Shown: positions 1 to 8,975, counted from the stretch's first letter. The stretch is DNA of 64,000 nt from an uncultured Muribaculaceae bacterium (GCA_964626145.1 CAZVBZ010000004.1:23235-87234), one strand, 5' to 3'. Made by a program: numbers and translations. The notes: generated from the letters alone by a model not told the origin.

Positions 1-1002
1 AATGTTTGGCAAAAACCTCGAGATTTAAACGAGGCAATCCGAGTATTTTATGTCGCTACCTCAAGAGCAGAAAAATACCTAAACATTCTTACTTTTGATG
101 AAACAGGAAAAAGTAAACCCGCATATTATACAAAAAATTTTCCAAACTCAATAACGCAAAAAGAGATAAATCCAGATGAAATCGAAATATCAAAAGCTGC
201 AATTATTCCGCCCGAACTTCCTATTATAAGCCAACCAATAGCACAAACTCAAAACGAAATTTGCCACCCAAAACAAGAAAATTATAAATTTTCTTTTAGT
301 AAATTAAACACTTTTCATACTTGCCCAAAGAAATTTCTTTTGAAATACAAATATGGTTTTACAAGTCTAAAAAGCCGCAATAAAGGGGCAGAAATTGGCA
401 CAATCATACATAAGTTAATTTATAACACTCTTGTATACAAAAAAGAACTTACTGAAACTGATATCCTTAAAATACTTGAAAACTACAACATTACAAAAGA
501 TACAAAAGACGCTGTACTTGAAAATTACAAAAACTTTTTAGATTGCAGTTGTTCTTTGTCGAAAATAAAAAATAATAAATACTTTGCAGAAAGAAATTTT
601 AATTTTGAATATGAATTAGAAGATAAAAAAGTTGAATTTACTGGAGATATAGACCTACTTATAAAAAATCCAGACAATACATATAAAATTATTGATTTCA
701 AAACTAATATAAATCTTAAAGAAAAAGATAAATTAAATTACTACAAACAATTATATTTGTATAAAAAAGCACTTGAAGCAGAAAAACTAGATATAAAATC
801 TGCAGAAATATTAAGTCTCAGCAGCAACGCTTTTAATACAACCATTCAACTAACAGATGAAAATAAAGTTGCAACAGAATTTAATACGCTTTTAAAAAAC
901 GCTATTTTATGTCTTGAAAATGAAACAACTACTAAAAAAGGAACAAATTGCCAATTCTGTGAATATTCGTACGCTTGTAATTATTTTTCTTCAACAAATT
1001 AA
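1..1002 (+). CDS. C-terminal part of a UvrD-family helicase fused to a PD-(D/E)XK (Cas4/AddB-like) nuclease domain; 5' end lies outside the window
   Basis: Frame 1 is open from nt 1 to the stop at 1002 (the table ORF 340..1002 is only the Met-initiated tail). 'VFYVATSRAEKYL' resembles UvrD helicase motif VI. 'TCPKKF', 'DIDLLIK...IIDFKTN' and 'QLYLYK' are RecB-type nuclease motifs. C-terminal Cys cluster CQFCEYSYAC. Confidence 0.6.
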   Translation, partial: NVWQKPRDLNEAIRVFYVATSRAEKYLNILTFDETGKSKPAYYTKNFPNSITQKEINPDEIEISKAAIIPPELPIISQPIAQTQNEICHPKQENYKFSFSKLNTFHTCPKKFLLKYKYGFTSLKSRNKGAEIGTIIHKLIYNTLVYKKELTETDILKILENYNITKDTKDAVLENYKNFLDCSCSLSKIKNNKYFAERNFNFEYELEDKKVEFTGDIDLLIKNPDNTYKIIDFKTNINLKEKDKLNYYKQLYLYKKALEAEKLDIKSAEILSLSSNAFNTTIQLTDENKVATEFNTLLKNAILCLENETTTKKGTNCQFCEYSYACNYFSSTN

Positions 1003-1758
1003 TTATTTATAATTTTCAATTATTGGTGAATAAGTTGAAAACTCAATCACAAAAGAGAATTTTTCTTTCGTTTTACTCAAAGACTCATAATTTAAAAAAC
1101 TTCCACACTGTTTAAGTAATTCGTTACTAACTGCCAACGGCAACGATATTTTTCCCCTTTTTGTTTGAAACAACATCGTGTCGTATATTTGACTTTGAAA
1201 ATCCGCATTTGTTTTTACATCCAGCGGCATCTTGCAATCATTAATTATAACAAATTTAACAGCCGCAGTACCATTTTCGTTTTTCTTTAGCGAAACACTA
1301 ACATTAATCAAACCGTTTTCTACAACTTGCAAAGAATGTTCTAATATATTATTAAGTACCTCAAATAGTTTTACTCCATTGCCATAAAGCCCTTGCGGAA
1401 TACATTCATCATAAGTAAATTTAAGATTATCTTTTACTTGATGTTTAACTGAAACAAGAATGCTTATTATCAAGCCTTTTAGTTTAATACAACTTGCCTC
1501 TTGTCTTAATAAACCAGCTTCTTCTTTTGTTTCTTTTAATAACGAATCCGCTAAATAAGCAAGAACCCTTTCTGAATGTTTTATATGAGTTAAAAGTTTT
1601 TTGTGTTCGGGGGAAGTTATGCACTTGTCAAGTAAATTTACAAAACCCGACAATCCATTAATTGCGCTTTTTATGTCTAAAGACAAGTTTTTGATACCAA
1701 TTAATCTATTCGCATCTGTGTCGCAATAATATTCAAGCTCATTTCTGTTGCCATACAT
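1003..1758 (-). CDS. histidine-kinase-like ATPase protein (degenerate HisKA/HATPase_c), no TM segment
   Basis: 251-aa ORF, long for this AT-rich DNA. N-box-like 'LFEVLNNILEHSLQVVENG' and H-box-like 'HIKHSERVLAYLAD'; G-boxes are degenerate. Confidence 0.35.
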   Translation of the reverse strand: MYGNRNELEYYCDTDANRLIGIKNLSLDIKSAINGLSGFVNLLDKCITSPEHKKLLTHIKHSERVLAYLADSLLKETKEEAGLLRQEASCIKLKGLIISILVSVKHQVKDNLKFTYDECIPQGLYGNGVKLFEVLNNILEHSLQVVENGLINVSVSLKKNENGTAAVKFVIINDCKMPLDVKTNADFQSQIYDTMLFQTKRGKISLPLAVSNELLKQCGSFLNYESLSKTKEKFSFVIEFSTYSPIIENYK

Positions 1759-1877
1759 TTAATTTCTCTATTAGTGAAGATAATATACTAAATTTTAAAC
1801 AATTCATATTACCCAACTGGGTAATCTTTTTTTTTCGACTAAATTTACATTTTTTAATATTATTGTAAAAACCACAC

Positions 1878-1925
1878 CCGCTGAACATTTTATGGTTATG
1901 TTCAATGGGCGTAGTTTTAAGTTAA
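1878..1925 (-). terminator. putative rho-independent terminator of the Cys-rich gene
   Basis: Imperfect ~12-bp inverted repeat (cccgctgaacat / atgttcaatggg) followed, on the minus strand, by a T5 run. Confidence 0.3.
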
Positions 1926-1926
1926 T

Positions 1927-2277
1927 TTATTTATCACAAGGATTGCAGCATTTATCTTTTCTTTTTTTTATTTTTTTATCGCAACCACAATCATCTTTAC
2001 ACTTGCAATCCTTTTTACTGCCGCAATCATCTTTACATTTAGTTTTTGGACAATCACATGGCTTTTTGCAATTGCAATCATCTTTGCATTTTTCTTGACA
2101 ATCACATGGCTGTTTTCTTTCGCAGTCTGTTTTCTGATATTCATTACAAACAGATTGACTTGCGGCTGACGGACAAGCATTATTTGCTGAAGAAATAGGA
2201 CACTCCGCAAAAACTCCATTCATATTAAAGGCTAAAACTGTACTAATCGCCATTGAAATAATTAAAGATTTATTCAT
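1927..2277 (-). CDS. small secreted Cys/Lys-rich repeat protein (metallothionein-like)
   Basis: Signal peptide MNKSLIISMAISTVLAFNMNGVFA followed by repeats of the form CDC..KCKDDC..CKKPCDC; ~29 Cys in 92 mature residues. The overlapping opposite-strand ORFs 1892..2098 and 1968..2219 are low-complexity mirror images. Confidence 0.6.
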   Translation of the reverse strand: MNKSLIISMAISTVLAFNMNGVFAECPISSANNACPSAASQSVCNEYQKTDCERKQPCDCQEKCKDDCNCKKPCDCPKTKCKDDCGSKKDCKCKDDCGCDKKIKKRKDKCCNPCDK

Positions 2278-2393
2278 AAATTCCTCCTTTTTATAATTTA
2301 CATAATTGTATACAATTAGAAAATTTTACATTAGCCAATTTACCTATAAATTAAAAAAAAGGATTTAATTTTATCGATTAAAGTTTATTATTA

Positions 2394-3032
2394 CTAAATT
2401 ATAGTAAATTCATTCTTTTTAAAGTCTAAAACTTTTTCTGCACGAAGATTAGAAAGCTCTCTACTTAATGCACTTCTATCTACGCATAAATATTCAGCCA
2501 TTTCCTCTCTATTCAAAGAAATTTCGAACTTGTTCGAATTAGCTTTCAATGCTTGTTTGTTTAAAAAAGTCATAATTTTTTCTCGTATAGTTTTTTTATC
2601 TAATATTTCCAAACGCTCTGAAAGTCTTAAATTCTCCATAGTTATCGTTTCTAACATATTTCGCAGAAATTTTGTTTGCCAACTTTTTGAGTCAAAACAC
2701 GCTTTAAGCATTTTTTCATAAGATAAAAACAAAATCCCGGTTTGTTTTTCTGCTTGAACCGTAACAGGAGAAGTTTTTATCCCTGCACAAATATAATTCA
2801 AGCCAAAAGTCTCGCCATCCCGAGCATAAGACAAAACCGTCTCTGAGCCATCAATATTTTTTGTATAAATTTTTACTTCACCAACAAGGACAACTGCTAT
2901 TTTAGAAATATTTTCTCCTTGGGTCAAAATCACATCACCTTTGGCGTAAACGTGAGGTGTTCCGTGCATATTTACTAAAATTTCTTCTACTAATTCTTCT
3001 TTAATCTTATTAAATAATGAGATATTTTCCAT
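2394..3032 (-). CDS. Crp/Fnr-family transcriptional regulator
   Basis: N-terminal cNMP-binding-like beta-roll and C-terminal HTH (REEMAEYLCVDRSALSRELSNLRAEKVL). Confidence 0.8.
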   Translation of the reverse strand: MENISLFNKIKEELVEEILVNMHGTPHVYAKGDVILTQGENISKIAVVLVGEVKIYTKNIDGSETVLSYARDGETFGLNYICAGIKTSPVTVQAEKQTGILFLSYEKMLKACFDSKSWQTKFLRNMLETITMENLRLSERLEILDKKTIREKIMTFLNKQALKANSNKFEISLNREEMAEYLCVDRSALSRELSNLRAEKVLDFKKNEFTII

Positions 3033-3041
3033 AATACACCT

Positions 3042-3055
3042 GTTGCATTTGCAAC
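3042..3055. promoter_or_regulatory. 14-bp perfect palindrome GTTGCA-tt-TGCAAC overlapping the RBS region of the Crp/Fnr gene
   Basis: Read directly from the sequence; lies 10-23 nt upstream of the minus-strand ATG at 3032. Confidence 0.4.
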
Positions 3056-3199
3056 GAACTACTATTTTATTTTAAATTAATTTCTCAATTAAAACAAGAA
3101 CTTTTATTGTAACAATTTTGTTATAATAAAAACATGGTAATAGCTAAAATATTGAATAAATATATAAAATGTGTTACAATAATAGTAGGAGAATGAAAA

Positions 3200-4510
3200 A
3201 TGTACACACTAGCATTACAGCAGAATAAAAATTACACCAAACTGATACTTTATTCGGTTTATGCAATGCTTTTAACCTTTATGGTGGCGCCGCCTAGGTA
3301 TATTCTTTATCAGGACAGCCTCCTCGCCATGGCAACCCCTGTACAATATGGACATGTATCTACAGATGTATTTACAACCAAAGCCGGCGAGGAGATGTAT
3401 AATCAAAATTTAATGCTTGCGGAAAAAGAGAGATGGAACAACTCAACAAAAACAAGATATAAAAATGGACTAATTTTAACAGTTAAACCAGGCGTAAAAC
3501 ATATAAAACTCACGCGACGCTCTCAAGCAGGCAATGTGAAAATAAACGTAGTAGAGATGAATAAAAAAATCAATCCAAACCTTGAAGTTGCCCCCGTTTT
3601 GGCTTCTGATACTTTATCAAGGAAAGCAAATATAAAAACACTCGCAGCAAAAGGAAACGCGATTGCCGCAATTAATGCAACCTATTTCAAACCACAAACC
3701 GGCGTTCCTCTCGGCACTTTAATGATAGACAAAAAAATTTATACAGGTCCGATTTACAACAGAGTAGCACTAGGAATAAAAAATGACAGCTATATAATGG
3801 ACAAATACCAACTTAACGCGGTGTTAAAATACAAAAAAATGTCAACAAAAATCGATAACATAAATCAGCCGCGAATGCTTTCAACATATTTACTTGTTTA
3901 CACAAAAGACTGGGGACAAAATAGCCCAACCGCCCCAAATTATGGCATAAATATAGCCATTGAGGATGGTAAAATTACAAAAGTTTCAAACGGTTCTTTA
4001 ACTATACCCCAAAACGGATTTGTTGTATCCGGACCCAAATCAAAGTTAGAACCGTTTTTTAATGCACAAATGCACGATGAAAAACAACCTTTTCTAGCCA
4101 ATCTTACAAAAGGTCGAAAAATTGAACTTGAAATAAAACAAAACGAAAACTGGGAAGATGTAAACCACATTGTGAGCGGCGGACCCTTCCTTGTAAAAGA
4201 TGGAAATATTTACGTTGACGTAAAAGAAGAAAAACTTCTTTCCATTACCGGACGAAACCCACGTACTGCAATAGGATACACAAAAGACAACGAATTTATA
4301 ATGATGACAATTGACGGACGAGAACAAACATCGGTCGGCATGACTCTCACAGAAACCGCGCGCCTAATGAAAGAGTTTGGCTGCGTCTGGGCGATGAACC
4401 TTGATGGCGGCGGTTCAAGCGTAATGCTGGTAAGTAACAAAATTGTAAATAACCCGAGCATTCAAGGCGGAATAGCAATTTCCAACGCATTAATTATTCG
4501 CGAAAGTTAA
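3200..4510 (+). CDS. phosphodiester glycosidase family protein (NAGPA-like)
   Basis: C-terminal NLDGGGSS motif typical of this family; N-terminal TM/signal segment; RBS aggag 6 nt upstream. Confidence 0.6.
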   Translation: MYTLALQQNKNYTKLILYSVYAMLLTFMVAPPRYILYQDSLLAMATPVQYGHVSTDVFTTKAGEEMYNQNLMLAEKERWNNSTKTRYKNGLILTVKPGVKHIKLTRRSQAGNVKINVVEMNKKINPNLEVAPVLASDTLSRKANIKTLAAKGNAIAAINATYFKPQTGVPLGTLMIDKKIYTGPIYNRVALGIKNDSYIMDKYQLNAVLKYKKMSTKIDNINQPRMLSTYLLVYTKDWGQNSPTAPNYGINIAIEDGKITKVSNGSLTIPQNGFVVSGPKSKLEPFFNAQMHDEKQPFLANLTKGRKIELEIKQNENWEDVNHIVSGGPFLVKDGNIYVDVKEEKLLSITGRNPRTAIGYTKDNEFIMMTIDGREQTSVGMTLTETARLMKEFGCVWAMNLDGGGSSVMLVSNKIVNNPSIQGGIAISNALIIRES

Positions 4511-4604
4511 AACAAAACATTATTACCTTGAATATTTTATTTATTTTGCGTGCTAAAAGATAAGTTAGTAGTTAGCCTAATATTTGTTGAACCAGGACAT
4601 ACGC

Positions 4605-4633
4605 TTGAAATCCCTATCAAATTTTGATAAAAT
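4605..4633 (+). promoter_or_regulatory. near-consensus sigma70-type promoter (TTGAAA-N17-TAAAAT) of pilin-like copy 1
   Basis: -35 TTGAAA at 4605-4610, 17-nt spacer, -10 TAAAAT at 4628-4633. The same architecture is upstream of copy 2. Confidence 0.55.
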
Positions 4634-4674
4634 GTAATAGTTAAAAGTACAAATGCAATAAAAAAGGATAGAAA

Positions 4675-5572
4675 ATGAAGTACGATAATTTTACTTTTAA
4701 AGACGCAAAAAACGTTTTTAGCTCGCTTTTAATGCCCCCCCCCCCCTACTGCCACAAGGGTTTCCAGGGTTTTAACTAAAAGCAAAAAACATGGTTGGAC
4801 TCTTGCAGAAACGTTAATTACTTTAACAATTATTGGAGTAATAGCTGCAATGACAGTGCCCAATTTAATGAGCAATTTTAGAAAATCGCAAACCGAGACA
4901 GGAATAAGGGTTGCTTATAAAATTTTAAACGATGCACTCAAAATGCCAATTGCTACAGAAGAAGCGCCTGATATGCCTACAATGATAATAGATTCACAAA
5001 CAGCCCCCGATATAACCGACGAATGGGACTCAATAATTAACCACTTTGCAACAAACTATCTCGTTCCATATTTAAAAGTTGCAAAGACATGTAAATCAGG
5101 AATAAGCACTGAAGATTGTGGTATACTGTATCCCAGCAAGCAAATTGATGGAAGCCCAACGCCACCAGATATGATGATGTATAATCCAAAGGACAAATAC
5201 AGAATTCAGCTCACAAATGGTATGCAAATTGGGGTTGGGAAGTACACGCCACAGGAGGGTGGTGACGGTTTTACTTTTTTAGTAGACATTAATGGTAAAA
5301 GCGGTCCAAATAGGCTAGCACACGACCAATTTTATTTTGCAATATCCGCAGCGACATGTAACACTACTAATCAATATTATTGCGACAAACATAATTTCAT
5401 ACAGGGGGGATTGCCTTATAGGAGTAGTACATCTAATAATATGTTTGATACCAGCATAAATCGGTGCATTAATAATATTGAATTCTGGGGTACTAAAGGG
5501 GCAGATTGTGCCGCGGTACTGCAACAAAACGGCTGGAAGATACCGGATAATTATCCGGTGAAAAAGTGGTAA
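4675..5572 (+). CDS. type IV pilin-like protein copy 1 (prepilin-type N-terminal cleavage/methylation domain); leader ORF and pilin body are out of frame by +1 at a poly-C tract
   Basis: RBS aaagga plus ATG at 4675 opens a leader (MKYDNFTFKDAKNVFSSLLMPPPP) that runs into C12 and stops at 4777-4779. The +1 frame continues ...TATRVSRVLTKSKKHG|WTLAETLITLTIIGVIAAMTVPNL..., a classic G|xxxxE prepilin site with a hydrophobic helix. The table ORF 4850..5572 begins inside that helix and so cannot be the true start. C-terminal GADCAAVLQQNGWKIPDNYPVKKW is shared with the paralogs. Confidence 0.75.
4735..4746 (+). repeat. homopolymeric C12 tract directly after ATG 4732
   Basis: Read directly from the sequence; 11 C (or 14) would place ATG 4675/4732 in frame with the prepilin body. 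Confidence 0.9.
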
Positions 5573-5658
5573 GCGTAAACATTTTTATACTTTTATAGAC
5601 AATGCTTTTTTTTACCTGTAAAATAAATAAGTAATAGATATAAGAGGAATGTGATTAT

Positions 5659-7032
5659 ATGTATAACGTTGCAATAGTTGGTGCCGGTCCTGCTGGTATT
5701 TTTGCTGCTTTAGAAATAACAAAGCTAAAACAAGACTGGAAAGTAATTTTAATTGAAAAAGGACAAAAGATTGAAAAAAGAAAATGCCTTTTAAGAGAAG
5801 GTTATGAAAAATGTCCAGGTTGCAAAAAATGCGGCTTGTTATGCGGCTGGGGCGGCGCTGGAGCGTTTTCTGATGGAAAACTGACTCTTACACCAGATGT
5901 TGGCGGACATTTGATAGATTATATGTCAAGAGAAAAAGTTGAAGATTTAATTGGTTATTCTGATAGTTTATATCTTAAATTTGGCGCAACTGATGAAGTA
6001 TTTGGTACAGATAAAAAAGTTTTTAGAGAAATTGAAAGAGAAGCGGCACTTGCTGAGCTTAAGCTCATTCATTCTCCAGTGAGACACCTCGGAACCGAAA
6101 GAAGTCTTGATGTTTTAAAAGGTATGCAAGATTATTTAAACGAAAAAATTACAATTTTAAATAATGTTGCCGCAGAACATCTTATCGTAGAATGCGAACA
6201 AGTAAAAGGTATTGTTCTTGATAATGGAGAAACAATTCGCGCAGAATATACTATAATTGCACCAGGGAGAGAAGGTGCTGACTGGCTTACAAAAGAATTT
6301 GACAAAAATAAAATAGGTTTTGTTAACAATGCTGTCGACGTAGGTGTAAGGGTTGAACTTCCTGCCCCTGTTTTTGAACCATTAACTTCAAAGCTTTATG
6401 AATCAAAACTTGTATATTATTCACCAACATTTGGAGACGAAGTAAGAACTTTTTGTATGAATCCAAATGGTGAAGTTGTTCAAGAAAATTACAACGGAAT
6501 TTCTACAGTAAACGGTCATAGTTATGCCGAAAAAACCACAAACAACACAAACTTTGCTCTTTTGGTAAGCAAAAAATTTACAGAACCGTTTAAAGAGCCT
6601 ATAGCTTACGGTCAACATGTTGCAAGTCTTGCAAACATGCTTGCCGGAGGTGTTCTTGTTCAAAGATTTGGTGATTTACTTGAAGGACGCCGCTCAACGC
6701 CGGAAAGAATTAAATCCAGCATAATAACTCCGACATTAACTTGCGCAACTCCTGGAGATTTAAGTCTTGTTATTCCATATAGACAAATGTTAAGCATAAT
6801 CGAAATGATTTACGCACTTGACAAAATTGCTCCTGGAACAGCTTCTAGATACACTCTGCTTTACGGTATAGAAGTTAAGTTCTATTCAGCAAGAGTTAAA
6901 CTTACAAACGAACTTGAAACAGAAGGTGTTAAAAATCTTTTTGCTATCGGTGACGGTGCAGGAGTAACGAGAGGATTAATTCAAGCCTCTGCGTCAGGTG
7001 TTCACGCTGCAAGAACAATTTGTTCAAGATAA
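5659..7032 (+). CDS. FAD-dependent oxidoreductase (COG2509-like) with a Cys cluster
   Basis: N-terminal GxGxxG (VAIVGAGPAGIFAA); CPGCKKCGLLCGWGG cysteine motif; second dinucleotide-binding motif near the C-terminus (AIGDGAG). Confidence 0.65.
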   Translation: MYNVAIVGAGPAGIFAALEITKLKQDWKVILIEKGQKIEKRKCLLREGYEKCPGCKKCGLLCGWGGAGAFSDGKLTLTPDVGGHLIDYMSREKVEDLIGYSDSLYLKFGATDEVFGTDKKVFREIEREAALAELKLIHSPVRHLGTERSLDVLKGMQDYLNEKITILNNVAAEHLIVECEQVKGIVLDNGETIRAEYTIIAPGREGADWLTKEFDKNKIGFVNNAVDVGVRVELPAPVFEPLTSKLYESKLVYYSPTFGDEVRTFCMNPNGEVVQENYNGISTVNGHSYAEKTTNNTNFALLVSKKFTEPFKEPIAYGQHVASLANMLAGGVLVQRFGDLLEGRRSTPERIKSSIITPTLTCATPGDLSLVIPYRQMLSIIEMIYALDKIAPGTASRYTLLYGIEVKFYSARVKLTNELETEGVKNLFAIGDGAGVTRGLIQASASGVHAARTICSR

Positions 7033-7051
7033 ATTTATAATAAAAAACAAA

Positions 7052-7082
7052 AACGGACGAAAATAAATTCGTCCGTTTTTTT
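7052..7082. terminator. bidirectional rho-independent terminator
   Basis: aacggacgaa/ttcgtccgtt hairpin followed by a T run; flanked by A runs. Sits between convergent genes. Confidence 0.7.
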
Positions 7083-7101
7083 ATGTTAAAGATTTATATT
7101 A

Positions 7102-7962
7102 TTAACCTTTAATTTGACCCATAACTTCTTCTGCAAAGTTTTCTTGTCTTTTTTCAAGACCTTCACCCAGCATAAATCTTGTAAATTCTTTTATTTCCAT
7201 TTTGCCAGAAATAAGTTGTTCTATAGTTTGGTTGGGATCTTTTACAAAAGGTTGTTCTAAAAGACATCTTTGAGCCATAAGTTTGTTAACACGACCTTCT
7301 ACAATTTTTGCTCTGATTTGTTCTGGTTTTTTAGCAAGGTCTTCTTTACCCATTTCAATTCTTGTTTCTTCTTCAATAACAGAAGCAGGAATTTCAGCTC
7401 TTGAAACAAATTCTGGAGCAGAAGAAGCAATGTGAAGGCAAATATCTTTAATCATTGTTTCTTCATTAGCAGAAGTGTTTAACAATACACCAATTTTTGA
7501 ATTGTGGATATAAGTACCAATATTTCCTTCATATCTAACAAATCTTCTTAAAGTAATTTTTTCACCAATTGTAGCAATTTTTTCTTTAATAAGTTCTTCA
7601 ACAGTTGAACCGCTTGAAGTTTTTGCTGAATTTAATTCTTCCAAAGATGCCGGATTTACATCTGCGGCAACTTTAGCAATTTCATTAGCAAGAGCTTTAA
7701 ATTCTTCATTTTTAGCAACAAAGTCTGTTTCGCAGTTTATTTCAACCATTGCACCTACTTTATCAGTAACATAAGAAGCAACAACTCCTTCTGCAGCAAT
7801 TCTGTTCATTTTTTTATCAGCTGAAGCAATACCTTTTTGTCTAAGATATTCCATAGCTTTTTCCATATCACCATTGTGTTCAACCAATGCTTTTTTAGCA
7901 TCCATAATGCCGGCACCGGTTTTTTCTCTAAGTTCTTTAACTTGAGCAGCACTAAATGTCAT
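7102..7962 (-). CDS. tsf: translation elongation factor Ts
   Basis: Strong family similarity (MTFSAAQVKELREKTGAGIMDAKKAL...) and conserved rpsB-tsf order. Confidence 0.95.
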   Translation of the reverse strand: MTFSAAQVKELREKTGAGIMDAKKALVEHNGDMEKAMEYLRQKGIASADKKMNRIAAEGVVASYVTDKVGAMVEINCETDFVAKNEEFKALANEIAKVAADVNPASLEELNSAKTSSGSTVEELIKEKIATIGEKITLRRFVRYEGNIGTYIHNSKIGVLLNTSANEETMIKDICLHIASSAPEFVSRAEIPASVIEEETRIEMGKEDLAKKPEQIRAKIVEGRVNKLMAQRCLLEQPFVKDPNQTIEQLISGKMEIKEFTRFMLGEGLEKRQENFAEEVMGQIKG

Positions 7963-8032
7963 TTTTCTATCTCCTTATTATTTTAAATAACGGAAAGCCC
8001 ATTCTAAAAGGGCTTTCCTAAATTATAAATTA

Positions 8033-8812
8033 TTAAACTTCTGCAGTTTCTTCTACAGTTTCTGTAACTCCAGCATCTTCTGCTTTAATAGTTTCTACTT
8101 TTGCAGAATTTTTAACTGCTTTTGCTTCTCTCAATTGTTTTCCTTCCAAAGCAGCGTCGGCTAATTTAGAAGAAATTAATTTAATTGAACGAATAGCATC
8201 GTCATTTCCTGGGATAACGTATTTAACTCCATCTGGGTTAGCGTTTGTATCAGCTAGACAAACAACTGGAATATTAAGTTTGTTAGCTTCTTGAATAGCA
8301 ATAAGTTCTTTTTGTTGGTCAACAACAAAAAGAATATCAGGCAAACCTCTCATTTCTTTAATACCGCCAAGAGACTTGCTCAATTTAGAAAGTTGTCTTG
8401 TAATTTGTGCAACTTCTTTTTTAGGTAATTTTTCTATATGTCCTGATTCAACAAAATCTTCTAATTCTCTGAGTTTATTAACTCGTGAACGAATTGTTTC
8501 AAAGTTAGTAAGCATACCGCCGAGCCATCTTTTGTTTATATAATAAACACCTGCTCTTTGAGCTTCTTCTTTAATTACATCTGTTGCTTGTTTTTTAGTA
8601 CCAACGAAAAGTATATTCTTTCCGCGAGCAGCAGCATCTCTAATTGCATCGCATGCTTCATCAAGCAGACCAACTGTTTTTCTTAAATCAATTACATAAA
8701 TTCCGTTTCTTGCTCCGAAAATATATTGTTTCATTTTCGGGTTCCAGCGTTGTGTTTGGTGTCCGAAGTGTACTCCGGCTTCTAAAAGTTCGATTAATGA
8801 TGCCTGTGGCAT
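8033..8812 (-). CDS. rpsB: 30S ribosomal protein S2
   Basis: [27 protein letters not shown]... is the canonical S2 N-terminus; adjacent to tsf. Confidence 0.95.
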   Translation of the reverse strand: MPQASLIELLEAGVHFGHQTQRWNPKMKQYIFGARNGIYVIDLRKTVGLLDEACDAIRDAAARGKNILFVGTKKQATDVIKEEAQRAGVYYINKRWLGGMLTNFETIRSRVNKLRELEDFVESGHIEKLPKKEVAQITRQLSKLSKSLGGIKEMRGLPDILFVVDQQKELIAIQEANKLNIPVVCLADTNANPDGVKYVIPGNDDAIRSIKLISSKLADAALEGKQLREAKAVKNSAKVETIKAEDAGVTETVEETAEV

Positions 8813-8975
8813 GTTTTTCTCCTTGTTTTAACTAATACGCACAAGCTAAAAAGTACCATTTATACAAATTCGGGTTAAAATTTATACAAACTAAGCAAAA
8901 GCCTATCGTACACTTTCAACTTGTACAAATAGCATAATATAAACATGAAGAAATTTAAATAAAACTTAATTTTTC

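Noticed and set aside
1892-2219. ORFs 1892..2098 (+) and 1968..2219 (-) overlapping the Cys-rich gene
   Set aside because: They are low-complexity translations of the other frames or strand of the Cys/Lys repeat DNA. Only the 1927..2277 minus-strand frame has a signal peptide, RBS and terminator.
2530-2721. Multiple 60-100-aa ORFs antisense to or nested in long genes (e.g. 2530..2721, 3940..4461, 6132..6663, 8644..8835, 12114..12302, 14732..15176, 18262..18498, 23356..24196, 26175..27005, 28552..29301, 30072..30638, 31494..32752, 36459..36787, 39164..39670, 40785..41513, 42625..44090, 50455..51680, 52219..53605, 60157..60990, 61495..62455, 62763..63005)
   Set aside because: Each lies inside a well-supported longer gene on the other strand or frame. 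They lack RBS and domain signal and have skewed, low-complexity composition, as expected from frame-shifted coding DNA in an AT-rich genome.
4850-5572. Table ORF starting at Met 4850 (MTVPNLM...) as the pilin start
   Set aside because: This Met lies inside the conserved prepilin hydrophobic helix (...LITLTIIGVIAAM-TVPNL). Starting there would delete the cleavage site and half the helix, so the real start must be upstream and must pass through the poly-C tract.
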